IMG/VR virus record: IMGVR_UViG_3300013372_001213
Length of the DNA: 56,307 nt
Origin: an uncultured virus (IMG/VR IMGVR_UViG_3300013372_001213)
Taxonomy: Duplodnaviria > Heunggongvirae > Uroviricota > Caudoviricetes
Strand: one strand, 5' to 3'
Shown piece after piece: positions 7,069 to 16,848 of the stretch (position 1 is the stretch's first letter; every line of letters begins with the position of its first letter). A program made the position numbers and the translations under genes. The notes beneath the pieces were generated by a model. It made no database searches. It worked only from the letters and a program-made list of their open reading frames with translations, and was not told the origin of the DNA.

Positions 7069-7986
7069 ATGGACATAGTAAACTTTGATGCTTTAAAAGC
7101 ACAGAACAGGATTATAGATCCTTCACAAGTAGACCCAGAAGAGGATTACTTTATACTTGGTAAGTATACTAATCATTACACAACTAATAGCATGAAGTAT
7201 ACTAAGTATCCTGTATTTGCTATTAAGGCTGGTGATGTAATGGGAGGAAGTCTTGGTGTTCAATCTGTAACAGGATTAAACACTGACAATACAGATCCTT
7301 TAAATCCAATAGTTGAAATATCGGTAGATGGTGTAACAATAACTGGAGATGGAACTCCAGGAGATCCTTTAGTTTCGGTAAGCACGATTCCTACTTTACA
7401 ACAAGTTCTTGATAATAATCATGACTTAGTTAATGGTAATAACTTCCAAGGAACTAATGCAGGGATTAATGCAACAGGTATATCAAACTCTATTTTTTTT
7501 GGAGACACCGCTGGTGAAAATGCTGATAATGCATATAGTTCTAATTTTTTAGGAGGTAGTTCTGGTGTTAATGCAATTGGTTCTAGAGGTTCTAATTTTC
7601 TTGGATATTTTTCTGGTAATGGTGCAACTAATGCAATTTTTTCTAATTTTTTAGGTGCAGGTGCAGGTGCTAATACAACAAATGTTTATCAATGTAATTT
7701 TTTAGGAGCAGACGCTGGTAGAAACTCTACCGGAAATGATGTAAATGCTATGGGAATTAATGCATCTAAAAATAACACAGGTAATAATGTTAATACTTTT
7801 GGTAATGGAGCTGGTTTAGGAAATACTTTATCAGGTATGACTATATTTTCAAATGCTTCAATGCCTAGTTATGCAGATTTCACTGCGGCCTCTGCGGCTA
7901 TTACTGTAGGTCTTGGAGCAACAGCAGGATGTACTTATTTATACCATGATCAAGCAACAAATTCAATAGGAGCAGTAAGACTTTAA
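7069..7986 (+). CDS. Putative fibre protein with 14-residue SNFLG..AG repeats
   Basis: PTLQQVLDN motif followed by Gly/Asn beta-roll-like repeats. Confidence 0.75.
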   Translation: MDIVNFDALKAQNRIIDPSQVDPEEDYFILGKYTNHYTTNSMKYTKYPVFAIKAGDVMGGSLGVQSVTGLNTDNTDPLNPIVEISVDGVTITGDGTPGDPLVSVSTIPTLQQVLDNNHDLVNGNNFQGTNAGINATGISNSIFFGDTAGENADNAYSSNFLGGSSGVNAIGSRGSNFLGYFSGNGATNAIFSNFLGAGAGANTTNVYQCNFLGADAGRNSTGNDVNAMGINASKNNTGNNVNTFGNGAGLGNTLSGMTIFSNASMPSYADFTAASAAITVGLGATAGCTYLYHDQATNSIGAVRL

Positions 7987-8009
7987 TTAATAATATAAAA
8001 CATAAAACA

Positions 8010-8474
8010 ATGCAAGAATTTAAACTACCAATAAAGTTTTATGGTCAATTAGCTAATCAGCCAATTGTACATAACCAAGGAATATTACTACTAGCTGTAC
8101 AAACAGTAAACTTAAATACTACTGTAGAGCAACCCATTAAATTAAATGGAGGAAGTAAGTTTGTACTAACAGGATCTATTGCTACTAACCTTCAAGGTAC
8201 TTGTAATAATGTTGATTATAGCAAGATTTATTCAAAACCTAACCCTATTGCAACAGCTTGTGATCTACTTATTGAATATAGTATTACATCTTTTGGCTCT
8301 CCTCTTCTTGTTACACCAGATGATTATATAGATGGAAGTGTAAATGTTGGAGGATGCCTATCACCACCACCACCAAAACCATTAACTGGAGATACTGTTT
8401 ATCTTAATGTTAATACACCTGAAGGATCTCTATCAACAGTAGACTTATACATATACGGATATATAATTAAATAA
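8010..8474 (+). CDS. Putative virion protein (MQEFKLP...)
   Basis: 154-aa ORF in fibre cluster. Confidence 0.7.
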   Translation: MQEFKLPIKFYGQLANQPIVHNQGILLLAVQTVNLNTTVEQPIKLNGGSKFVLTGSIATNLQGTCNNVDYSKIYSKPNPIATACDLLIEYSITSFGSPLLVTPDDYIDGSVNVGGCLSPPPPKPLTGDTVYLNVNTPEGSLSTVDLYIYGYIIK

Positions 8475-8485
8475 AACATAAAACA

Positions 8486-8893
8486 ATGCAAGAATTTAAA
8501 CTACCCAAGGTATTTAACTGGCAGACTGCTAGTGATAAAATAGTAAAAAAATATGTAGCTGATTTATATCAGACAAGTACTGATGCTCCAGTAGTAACAG
8601 AATTATTTAACAATACAGGTATAGCCTTTACTTATGAGTATATAAGTCCGGGTGTATATGCTGTAATTGCAAATAAGAATTTATTTATTAATTACACTGG
8701 TCAAAAGGTACAAGCTACTATTACCAATGCTAGTTTTATTTATGATATAACAGGGCCTACTGGTCAGAGTGTTACTATATTTCCAGTGTTTTATAATGTA
8801 ATGATTATTCTTACAACAAATCTTACTCTTGAAGTAGATAATATTTTGGGTAATAATGCTCAGAATGCAATAGAAATAACAATATACCCATAA
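8486..8893 (+). CDS. Putative virion protein (MQEFKLP...KYVADLYQTSTDAP...IEITIYP)
   Basis: 135-aa ORF resembling a fibre C-terminal beta domain. Confidence 0.7.
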   Translation: MQEFKLPKVFNWQTASDKIVKKYVADLYQTSTDAPVVTELFNNTGIAFTYEYISPGVYAVIANKNLFINYTGQKVQATITNASFIYDITGPTGQSVTIFPVFYNVMIILTTNLTLEVDNILGNNAQNAIEITIYP

Positions 8894-8910
8894 TCTTAAA
8901 ATCTAAAACA

Positions 8911-9012
8911 ATGGAAAATACAGAGCTTTTAAATAAACTTATTGCTAAACTAGGACAAGAAGCTGGTCAAGCTGCTTATGATAAAATCATGGCTTTAACT
9001 ACTAAAAAATAA
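8911..9012 (+). CDS. Small protein (MENTELLNKLIAKLGQEAGQAAYDKIMALTTKK)
   Basis: 33-aa ORF with AAAACA leader filling an intergenic gap; not in the track. Confidence 0.6.
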   Translation: MENTELLNKLIAKLGQEAGQAAYDKIMALTTKK

Positions 9013-9015
9013 ATC

Positions 9016-10218
9016 ATGGACATAGTTAAGATCCAAACTCTTATTGCTCAAGGTAGAGTAGTAGAACTTACTGATATAGACCCTACACAATCTTTTGTGC
9101 AGATAGGTATATACCAGCCAGACAATAGGAAGATTGGATCAGCTAACAGTGCATATCCTTCTTTTGTAATTCCTTTAAGTGAACTTACAAGTGGTGGTGC
9201 ATGGGGAACTATCACTGGACTCTTATCTAATCAATTAGATTTACAAGCTGCTTTAGATGCAAAGTATGATATAACCAATCCTGATAGTTTTATAGATATT
9301 ACAGCACTAGCTCCTTATCAATTAGCTTTAGGATTTACTCCAGAAGATGTAGCTAATAAAGATATAGATGGAACCTTAGCTGCAAATAGCAATACATTAT
9401 ATTCTTCACAAAGAGCAGTTAAAACTTATGTTGATGCTTCTGTTACTGGTGTCTTAGATGACAGAGGTAACTGGGATGCTTCTACTAACTTGTTTCCAAC
9501 TACAGGAGGATCAGGTCCATTAGGTACTATTCTTAAAGGAGACTTATGGTTTGTATCAGTACCAGGAACACTTGGTGGAAATCCAGTAGTAGTAGGTAGT
9601 AACTTTAGAGCATTAAAAGATAACCCAGTTCTTTCTACAGATTGGAACATACTCAACTCTGGTGTAGGTTATATCCCAGAAAATTCAATCAATAAAGGTA
9701 TACCTAATGGTTATGCTGAATTAGATGCAACAGGTAAAGTACCAGCATCTCAAATAAGATATAAAACTTTACATACTCATGGTTTTGCAGCAAGTACTCT
9801 TGGTGCAACATCTAGTAGATATTATTTAATAGGTCAGCAACTTAGTCAAGTTATTACTTCTTTTGGTGCTGCAGCTAATCCAGGAATAACAAATACTAAA
9901 AATTCTGGTCTAATACCAAAAACAGGTACTATAACAGGAGCAAAAATTTCATGGACTCTAACTGGAGGAACATCTAATTTAAACTTTGCATTTACTTTTA
10001 GAAATAAAACAACAGGTCTTATATCAAGTATTACACCGGCAGTAGCAATAGGAGGTGCATCAATAGTTTCAAAAACTTTTATTGTTATTGGTTTAGCTAT
10101 ACCTGTAACAGAAAATGATTCTGTATTTACAGTAATTCAATCTCCTGCAATTCCAGCTTCACCTGCTGGTCAAACTCCAACTGGTGTAACAATGATTATA
10201 GATTATATAATAGAATAA
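9016..10218 (+). CDS. Putative tail fibre protein
   Basis: WGTITG.LSNQ.DLQAALD, GNWDASTN and GYAELDATGKVPASQ fibre motifs. Confidence 0.8.
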   Translation: MDIVKIQTLIAQGRVVELTDIDPTQSFVQIGIYQPDNRKIGSANSAYPSFVIPLSELTSGGAWGTITGLLSNQLDLQAALDAKYDITNPDSFIDITALAPYQLALGFTPEDVANKDIDGTLAANSNTLYSSQRAVKTYVDASVTGVLDDRGNWDASTNLFPTTGGSGPLGTILKGDLWFVSVPGTLGGNPVVVGSNFRALKDNPVLSTDWNILNSGVGYIPENSINKGIPNGYAELDATGKVPASQIRYKTLHTHGFAASTLGATSSRYYLIGQQLSQVITSFGAAANPGITNTKNSGLIPKTGTITGAKISWTLTGGTSNLNFAFTFRNKTTGLISSITPAVAIGGASIVSKTFIVIGLAIPVTENDSVFTVIQSPAIPASPAGQTPTGVTMIIDYIIE

Positions 10219-10232
10219 TAAAACAATATAAC

Positions 10233-11120
10233 ATGTCAATAGGAAATTTAAAAGACCAAGGTAACAAGGGTAACAACTTCCCTTACCAACTAAAAACATT
10301 ACAACTATTAGGAGCTATTAATGCTAGCATTGCAGCTTTACCTGGTGTAGACTATGAAACTAGAACTACAACTTATCAAGCAATAAGTAATGGTACAGGT
10401 TATTTTACAGGTAATATCATTGTAAGATATGATATTATATCAATGACTCCTCCAAATGCTATGACTACTTTGTGGTTTAATCAAACTTTACAAACTACAA
10501 TAGCAACACCTACTCTAGGAACTATAGAACCTTATAATGCACCTAGTGCTGTAACTGTTATAAATGGAAATGGTTTTGATGCTGTAACTATTCAAGATGG
10601 TGGTAACTCTATTACTATAGATGCTACATCATTACCTCTACCTACAGGTGCAGCTACTGAAACTACTTTAGCAACAATATTAGCTGATGCTACTTTTACA
10701 GGAAGAATAAATACTTTAGGTCAAAAAGCTATGGTTGCAAGTACACCTGTGGTATTAGCTTCTGATCAATCAACATTAAATGTTACACAAGTAGAAAGAA
10801 CAGGTGTATCAGGTTATACTGCACCTATTACAGATTTAATAGCAAGAGATGTTATTGTAGCACCAGGTGCTGGATTATTTACTTATGTAACTCAAATCTT
10901 AGTTACTAACTCTCATGCTGGAATAGGAACATTAGTTACTATTCAAACAGAAGATGGTACTGGATTATATGCAGGATTTGCTGCATCGGCAGGTGGTGGT
11001 TTTTCAGTATCTTTTACTGTACCTATCAAGATGCCTGTGGCTAATAAAAAACTACAAGCTATTTGTGGAACCACAGGAGCAAATGTTTATGTATCTGCTT
11101 CTGGTTATAAAGCTGCATAA
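10233..11120 (+). CDS. Putative virion/fibre protein
   Basis: LPLPTGAATETTL and LGQK.M..S.PVVLASDQ fibre-type motifs. Confidence 0.7.
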   Translation: MSIGNLKDQGNKGNNFPYQLKTLQLLGAINASIAALPGVDYETRTTTYQAISNGTGYFTGNIIVRYDIISMTPPNAMTTLWFNQTLQTTIATPTLGTIEPYNAPSAVTVINGNGFDAVTIQDGGNSITIDATSLPLPTGAATETTLATILADATFTGRINTLGQKAMVASTPVVLASDQSTLNVTQVERTGVSGYTAPITDLIARDVIVAPGAGLFTYVTQILVTNSHAGIGTLVTIQTEDGTGLYAGFAASAGGGFSVSFTVPIKMPVANKKLQAICGTTGANVYVSASGYKAA

Positions 11121-11122
11121 TT

Positions 11123-11950
11123 ATGGGATCTATACTACTAATGGGTGCTGGTCTTCAGACTACAGTAACTGGACCAACCTATGATCCAGATGCTCAACTA
11201 TTTTTTAATGCTCAAACAACAGCAGGAGTAACTCTTACTACTACTCAAAAAAATGCTGTTAATCAATGGGTAGTAGATAGCAAAGCAGCTAACATTTGGA
11301 CTAAGTTTAAAGCTATTTATCCAATGGTAGGAGGAACTGCAACCTCTCATAAATTCAACCTTAAAAATCCTTTAGATACCAATGCAGCCTTTAGATTGGC
11401 TTTTGTAGGTGGTGGCACTCATAGTTCAAATGGCTATCAACCAAATGGGGTTAATGCCTATGCAAATACTTTTTGTGGAACAAGTAATATGCTATTAAAT
11501 TCAGCACATATTTCTTATTATTCAAGAACTAATACTACCTCTAATACAGGAACAGAATTTACTTCTTATAATTCAGCAGTTCCAAGTAATTCTGAATTAA
11601 GTATTAAGCAAGGTAGTACTGTTGGTTATGCAAGAATAAATCAGAGTGGTGCAATAAGTGGAATAGCTGTTGCTAATTCATCTGGTCTTTTTATGTCTAA
11701 TAGAACAGCATCTAATGTTACTAAATTTATTAGAAATGCAGTCAGTTTAAATACTTATACAAATGCAAGTACAGGAATTAGTACATTACCTTTTTTCTTG
11801 GGTGCAGGTAATAATGGTGGAACTCCTTTTAGTTATTCAAGTTTACAATGTGCATTTGCCTCAATAGGTGATGGCTTAACTGATGCTGAAGCCTTAGCGT
11901 TTTACAATGCAGTTAATGCCTTCCAAGTAACCTTAGCTAGAAATGTTTAA
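11123..11950 (+). CDS. Putative receptor-binding beta-sandwich (ConA/LamG-like) protein
   Basis: IWTK.KAIYPMVGG...HKFNLK and ASIGDGLTD motifs; S/T/N/G-rich. Confidence 0.65.
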   Translation: MGSILLMGAGLQTTVTGPTYDPDAQLFFNAQTTAGVTLTTTQKNAVNQWVVDSKAANIWTKFKAIYPMVGGTATSHKFNLKNPLDTNAAFRLAFVGGGTHSSNGYQPNGVNAYANTFCGTSNMLLNSAHISYYSRTNTTSNTGTEFTSYNSAVPSNSELSIKQGSTVGYARINQSGAISGIAVANSSGLFMSNRTASNVTKFIRNAVSLNTYTNASTGISTLPFFLGAGNNGGTPFSYSSLQCAFASIGDGLTDAEALAFYNAVNAFQVTLARNV

Positions 11951-11962
11951 AAAATAAAAACT

Positions 11963-12223
11963 ATGAAACTAACAGATATAACAAGAGCAGAATATACTAC
12001 TTATGTAGGACTTCTAACAGTAGAACAAAAAGATGAATTAGTAGGGCAGATGTATGCTCCAGATTGCTATTTTAATCCTATACAGGATAATGCAGATAAT
12101 TGGGTCATCTCTGTTGAGGAGATGGAATATTGCACCAATGAATTATTCTTATGGGTTAAAGATTTAGATTTAATAGTCTATGTACCTAAAGAAAATCCTT
12201 TTCCTCCAATAGGTGAAAATTAA
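11963..12223 (+). CDS. Small acidic protein, possible fibre chaperone
   Basis: YFNPIQD...WVIS.EE; directly follows the candidate receptor-binding gene. Confidence 0.65.
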   Translation: MKLTDITRAEYTTYVGLLTVEQKDELVGQMYAPDCYFNPIQDNADNWVISVEEMEYCTNELFLWVKDLDLIVYVPKENPFPPIGEN

Positions 12224-12258
12224 TTTGGTGAACTAGTAATTTTTTAGTATATTATTAC

Positions 12259-12681
12259 ATGGATGCAACTGAAATAACCTTTGGAGCCAAAGATGTAGCA
12301 GCAATTATAGTTGCTCTTACCAGTATCTTAGGCTTTTTATATGCTCTCAAAAGAAATGGTGATAAAGCAACTGAGAATGCAGCACTAATAAAAAAAGATC
12401 TTGAAGACTTTAAGGCTTCTACAAATGAAAAATTTATACATGGTAAGAACTCTAAAAAAGCTAACATTCAATATATTATGGATTCAATACAGAAAAGCAA
12501 AGATGAGGTTGATAAAAAAGAATCTCAGATCTACACTAGAATTGGTGAGTTAAAAAAAGAACAACAAGATGCTCATGAAAAACTTTGGTTAAAACTGGAT
12601 ACTGTAGAGACCATGCAGAGAGATATGAGTAATGCATTAGCTGAATTAACAGGATACTTAAAAGCTAAAAAAGAAATATGA
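12259..12681 (+). CDS. Membrane-anchored coiled-coil protein (holin/antiholin-like)
   Basis: One N-terminal hydrophobic helix then a coiled coil; TTTG(12224)-N20-TATATT(12248) upstream. Confidence 0.65.
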   Translation: MDATEITFGAKDVAAIIVALTSILGFLYALKRNGDKATENAALIKKDLEDFKASTNEKFIHGKNSKKANIQYIMDSIQKSKDEVDKKESQIYTRIGELKKEQQDAHEKLWLKLDTVETMQRDMSNALAELTGYLKAKKEI

Positions 12682-12908
12682 AGACCTTAAAAAATTATTA
12701 TAAACCTACTCCTAAGAAGTGGAGAAAACTAGGTGATGCTTTATTAGCATGTGCCGGTATAGTAGGTGGTGGTGGAATCCTAGCTTATGATCAGCTAAAA
12801 GATTTATATACCCCTAAAGAATTAAAGATATTTATTGGTGCTGCTCTAGTAGTAGGTATAGCTGGTAAATTCTTAACCAACTTCTTCACAGATGAAAAAC
12901 CTGATTAA
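12678..12908 (+). CDS. Putative holin
   Basis: PTPKKWRKLGD motif and two hydrophobic segments in 76 aa. Confidence 0.7.
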   Translation: MKTLKNYYKPTPKKWRKLGDALLACAGIVGGGGILAYDQLKDLYTPKELKIFIGAALVVGIAGKFLTNFFTDEKPD

Positions 12909-13440
12909 ATTATTAATAGTCCTAACAATATTTAGTAGTTGTGTGCTTACCAAAAAGCAGAAGAACAACTTCTTAGATAAATACTGTGAGAGAAAAGACA
13001 GCTTAATTTATATCAAGAAAGACTCTATAGTCTTTAAAGATACTACTATATATGTTCCTACCATTGTTAATACTCCTATCTACCTAGAAAATCCATGCAA
13101 GTTATTATGTGATTCATTGGGTAATCTTAAGCCTTTTACTAAGACTGAGAAAAAGAATGGGTTAAAAAGTACTGTTAAGTCAGTAGGAAATGTACTAGTA
13201 GTAGAGTGTGAAACAGACTCCTTAAAAGCAAAAATCCAATATCTTGAACATCATATAATTGATATAGAGAAAAGTCACACAGAAAATACCGTGCAAAAAC
13301 CTTGTGAACTTGAGCATAGAACCAAGTTTGATGGCTTTACCTGGTGGTGGTTTTGGATTACTGCAAGTATATTAGTTCTGTGGATTTTAATCAAATTAGG
13401 TAAAACCTACCTTAAAACCTACCTACCTTTTATAAAATAA
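12892..13440 (+). CDS. Putative unimolecular spanin
   Basis: N-terminal lipobox (IFSSC) plus C-terminal transmembrane helix. Confidence 0.65.
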   Translation: MKNLIKLLIVLTIFSSCVLTKKQKNNFLDKYCERKDSLIYIKKDSIVFKDTTIYVPTIVNTPIYLENPCKLLCDSLGNLKPFTKTEKKNGLKSTVKSVGNVLVVECETDSLKAKIQYLEHHIIDIEKSHTENTVQKPCELEHRTKFDGFTWWWFWITASILVLWILIKLGKTYLKTYLPFIK

Positions 13441-13442
13441 AT

Positions 13443-13473
13443 TTTGAAAGTTTAAAACTTTAAAGTATATTTG
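13443..13473 (+). promoter_or_regulatory. Bacteroidota primary-sigma promoter
   Basis: TTTG(13443)-N19-TATATTTG(13466) matches the -33 TTTG / -7 TAnnTTTG consensus. Confidence 0.75.
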
Positions 13474-13499
13474 CATATAACTTTAAAAATTTAAACAAC

Positions 13500-13808
13500 A
13501 TGTCACAAGAAACCAACCAAGAGACAGCTGTACAACTTACTCCTGAACAGCTTAAAAAAAGAAGAGATGAGCTAATTGCTTATTACAAAAATCAAACCTC
13601 TGTACTAGAAGCTCAACTTAAGTATGAGTGTGTAATGGCTGATATTGAAGAAGCTAGAGTAAAGAGAATGACTATGATCATGAGACAAGCTCAGATGGCA
13701 GCACCTGAACAAGAGGAAGAGGAAGAAGAAACTTTAAATGAGACTCCAACTCCTACACCAGAACCAGAGCCTGCACAAACCAAAGAAAGAAAATTAAAAA
13801 CTTCTTAA
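13500..13808 (+). CDS. Hypothetical coiled-coil protein with acidic tail
   Basis: 102-aa ORF downstream of a consensus promoter. Confidence 0.8.
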   Translation: MSQETNQETAVQLTPEQLKKRRDELIAYYKNQTSVLEAQLKYECVMADIEEARVKRMTMIMRQAQMAAPEQEEEEEETLNETPTPTPEPEPAQTKERKLKTS

Positions 13809-13830
13809 TTAACTAAGTCAATAAACCAAC

Positions 13831-14244
13831 ATGGCAAAGGTTAATAAAGTAGATAAAAAGGTCAGCATGACCTTAGAGGAGATTATTAAGTTTCAGATAG
13901 TCACTTATTGTTATATTAATAAAATAACTATAAGTGAATCTGAGCTTAGTTGTCTGACTCTTCTTGGCTTAAATATAAAGGCTGAGTTATCAGATTTTTG
14001 TAATGCTTGTTGTGACCCTGATAATAAAGATAAAGATTCTACACTTACTCATACTAAGGCTATATTTAAAACACCTCAGACTGTAAGGAATTCTTTAGCT
14101 AAATTATCTAACCATAATATCATAAGTAAAAATGGTCTTGGTCATAATAAAACAATAGAGTTAAACAAAGATCTTAAGATTCAAACTGAAGGTAATGTAT
14201 TATTAGATTATAAATTTTTTCACATTGGTACCCAAGAAAGCTAA
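13831..14244 (+). CDS. Hypothetical protein, possible winged HTH
   Basis: FKTPQTVRNSLAKL...IISK pattern resembles a recognition helix plus wing. Confidence 0.55.
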   Translation: MAKVNKVDKKVSMTLEEIIKFQIVTYCYINKITISESELSCLTLLGLNIKAELSDFCNACCDPDNKDKDSTLTHTKAIFKTPQTVRNSLAKLSNHNIISKNGLGHNKTIELNKDLKIQTEGNVLLDYKFFHIGTQES

Positions 14245-14698
14245 AGAGTTTATAAAACCAACAATTGAGGATACAGGTTATCCTCAAGAATTGGTTAGTT
14301 CATTGATAGATTTTTATTGGTCTAAAATTAGAAAAAATATGTCAGATTTGGTACACCCATCTATACATGTACCCAATTTGGGAACCTTTAAAATAAAGCA
14401 TTGGAAACTAGATGAAACTAAAGAGCACTATGAGAAAATTCTAAACAGAATTGAGGGTAAATTCTCTAAGTATAAAATGTACAAGGCTATCAATGATAAA
14501 GTAGAAAGGATAGATCTAATAAAAGAACTAGTAATTAAAGATAAAGAAAGATTAAGTAAAATAAAAGAATTAAAGAAAAATGAAAGCATTAATGAAAATA
14601 TGGAAGAGCAAGTCTCAGATATGGGAGGGGTTCAAGAACAAGATCTTCAAGAAAACTCCAGTGGAGAAGTTATACCAAAAGAGAATGGAGATATGTAA
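14225..14698 (+). CDS. HU/IHF-like DNA-binding protein
   Basis: IHVPNLGTFKIK motif after two helices; crAss-like phages carry IHF-like genes. Confidence 0.7.
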   Translation: MVPKKAKEFIKPTIEDTGYPQELVSSLIDFYWSKIRKNMSDLVHPSIHVPNLGTFKIKHWKLDETKEHYEKILNRIEGKFSKYKMYKAINDKVERIDLIKELVIKDKERLSKIKELKKNESINENMEEQVSDMGGVQEQDLQENSSGEVIPKENGDM

Positions 14699-14858
14699 AG
14701 CATGTCCTCTTATTGATTTAGTAGGAACTAAATGTATGATAGTAGGAACACATCCTTGTTGTGGAGAATGTGGTTGTAGCTTATCACTTAAGCTAAGATC
14801 ACCAGAATCAGAATGTGTTCACCCTGATGGACCTAGATGGAAAGAAGTTATATTATAA
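14580..14858 (+). CDS. Small Cys-rich zinc-binding protein
   Basis: R..IC..CP, CGECGC.L.LK.RS...C...W motifs. Confidence 0.8.
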   Translation: MKALMKIWKSKSQIWEGFKNKIFKKTPVEKLYQKRMEICKACPLIDLVGTKCMIVGTHPCCGECGCSLSLKLRSPESECVHPDGPRWKEVIL

Positions 14859-14893
14859 CAATCTAATAAAAGCAACTCAAAAAACAATCCAAA

Positions 14894-15718
14894 ATGGCAG
14901 TAACCTTTCAAGCAGAGAATCATAAGTATCAAAGTCTTGATCCTGATGACAGAATAGAGTGGACTAGTGTAACTAGTTTTGTGGCTATGTTCAAACAAAA
15001 GTTTGATCCTGTATCCCAATCTATTAAGTCTTCTCAAAATAAAAGATCTAAGTGGTATGGAATGGATCCTAAAGAAATCCAAGCTCATTGGACTAGTGAA
15101 ACAGATAGAGCAATAACTGCCGGCTCTTGGTATCATGATCAAAGAGAATCAGATCTTATGAGCATTGATACTCTTCAAAGACAAGGTATTAATATCCCTA
15201 TTATCAAACCTATATGGGAAGGCACTGTTAAAAGAGCTCCTGTACAAAGACTTACTGAGGGAATTTACCCTGAGCATTTTGTTTACTTAAAGTCTGCAGG
15301 TGTATGTGGCCAGTCTGATAGAGTTGAGGTTGTAAAAGATATTATAGATATTATTGACTATAAGACTAATAAAGAGATTAAGCTAACAAGTTTTGTAAAT
15401 TGGGAAGGTAAATCTGTAAAAATGAGTGGACCTTGTTCACATCTTGATGACTGTAATTTTAATCATTATGCCTTACAACTCAGTATTTATATGTATATTA
15501 TACTAAAGCATAACCCAAGATATAAACCAGGTAAGCTTATGTTGCATCATGTAATCTTTGAAAAACAAGGAGAAGATAAATTTGGTAACCCAATTGCTAA
15601 AAAAGATGGTGATGGTAACCCAATAGTTAAAACAGTTGTACCATATGAAGCACCTTATATGAAGTCTGAAGTTATTGCTATGATTAATTATTTAACTGAT
15701 AATAAAAAGAAACTATGA
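14894..15718 (+). CDS. PD-(D/E)xK nuclease
   Basis: SVTS, G...H, GQSD, IIDYKTN and HYALQLSIY motifs. Confidence 0.85.
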   Translation: MAVTFQAENHKYQSLDPDDRIEWTSVTSFVAMFKQKFDPVSQSIKSSQNKRSKWYGMDPKEIQAHWTSETDRAITAGSWYHDQRESDLMSIDTLQRQGINIPIIKPIWEGTVKRAPVQRLTEGIYPEHFVYLKSAGVCGQSDRVEVVKDIIDIIDYKTNKEIKLTSFVNWEGKSVKMSGPCSHLDDCNFNHYALQLSIYMYIILKHNPRYKPGKLMLHHVIFEKQGEDKFGNPIAKKDGDGNPIVKTVVPYEAPYMKSEVIAMINYLTDNKKKL

Positions 15719-15975
15719 GAAAAGTAGTAATGGTTGAGTTTAATTTAGTTCTAGAGAATAGTAAACTAAAAGAAGATTTAGGTATAGAGAACTTGCATTT
15801 TTCTAAATGTACTTTTAATATTGCTAATATTGAATATTTTAGAGAATCTTTAAATGGAGATGGTGAAGCAGAACCTTACACTGTAGCTATCCTAGATACC
15901 GGCTCAATCTTATGTTTAGATATAACTTATGAAGATTTTAAAAAATTATATAGAAAAAGTATAGTAAATGAGTAA
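15715..15975 (+). CDS. Hypothetical protein
   Basis: 86-aa ORF with ATGA coupling to the upstream gene. Confidence 0.75.
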   Translation: MRKVVMVEFNLVLENSKLKEDLGIENLHFSKCTFNIANIEYFRESLNGDGEAEPYTVAILDTGSILCLDITYEDFKKLYRKSIVNE

Positions 15976-16150
15976 TGATGAATACCAACAACAAAACTAT
16001 TGGGTATCTAATAGTAGTGTAACATGGCTACAAGAACAAGAGAAAAAAACATTATTAAAGATAAATAAAGATCTTGAAAAATTCTTTTATTCTACAAGTC
16101 CTTGTCCAACAAAACTAAAATTAATATTAAAAGATGATAAAGCTATTTGA
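15968..16150 (+). CDS. Hypothetical protein
   Basis: 60-aa ORF with short overlaps to both neighbours. Confidence 0.55.
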   Translation: MSNDEYQQQNYWVSNSSVTWLQEQEKKTLLKINKDLEKFFYSTSPCPTKLKLILKDDKAI

Positions 16151-16646
16151 TTTACAAAATGGACAAGTGATTCCTACTGAACACTGTTACACTATAGGAT
16201 ATTTAAAAGATATTATAGAGGGATACCCTGAGGATTATACATCTGTATATGCTTTCTTATTTTATATGACATGTCCTAATGAGGATCTTAATCCTTACTT
16301 TAACATAAAAGAAGATGATAAAGAAGAACTTATATTAAATGACTTAAGAGCTAACTTTACTACTGAAGATCCTTTAGTAATTACAGCTTTAACTGGTATC
16401 AAAGAATTATTTGAAACTCCTACCTCAAGAGCTTTTAGAGGAATAAAGATAGCACTTGATAATATGGCTGATGTAATGTCAGAAACAAAACCTACCTTTG
16501 GTAGAGATGGATCTGCTACAGCTTTATTAAGAATAGCAAAAGATTTTGATGATGTAAGACAGTCTTACAAAGGAGTATATAAAGATTTACAAGATGAACA
16601 ATCAACTAGAACAAGAGGTGGAGGCTCTTTAGCTTATGATCAATAA
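16134..16646 (+). CDS. Helical protein upstream of TerL, possible small terminase subunit
   Basis: Position and size (170 aa), C-terminal RTRGG; function inferred only. Confidence 0.55.
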   Translation: MIKLFDLQNGQVIPTEHCYTIGYLKDIIEGYPEDYTSVYAFLFYMTCPNEDLNPYFNIKEDDKEELILNDLRANFTTEDPLVITALTGIKELFETPTSRAFRGIKIALDNMADVMSETKPTFGRDGSATALLRIAKDFDDVRQSYKGVYKDLQDEQSTRTRGGGSLAYDQ

Positions 16647-16848
16647 AGATAACTTATATGACTGGTTATTTCACTATAACCATTACACTAGTATGTGGAA
16701 TGCTTTTAAGAGAGATGATCTTAATAAGTATTTTAATGGGGAATTAGAAATTGCATTATCTTCAAAAAAGCATAGTACTTTGGTAGATATCATTGAGAAG
16801 ACTGGTGGAGATGAGACCAAGATCAAGAAGCTATTAAAGAATGGATAA
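16636..16848 (+). CDS. Hypothetical protein
   Basis: 70-aa ORF coupled to TerL. Confidence 0.75.
   Translation: MINKDNLYDWLFHYNHYTSMWNAFKRDDLNKYFNGELEIALSSKKHSTLVDIIEKTGGDETKIKKLLKNG

Noticed and set aside
5998..12223. Diversity-generating retroelement target in fibre genes
   Set aside because: No reverse transcriptase and no adenine-mismatched template/variable repeat pair seen in the window.
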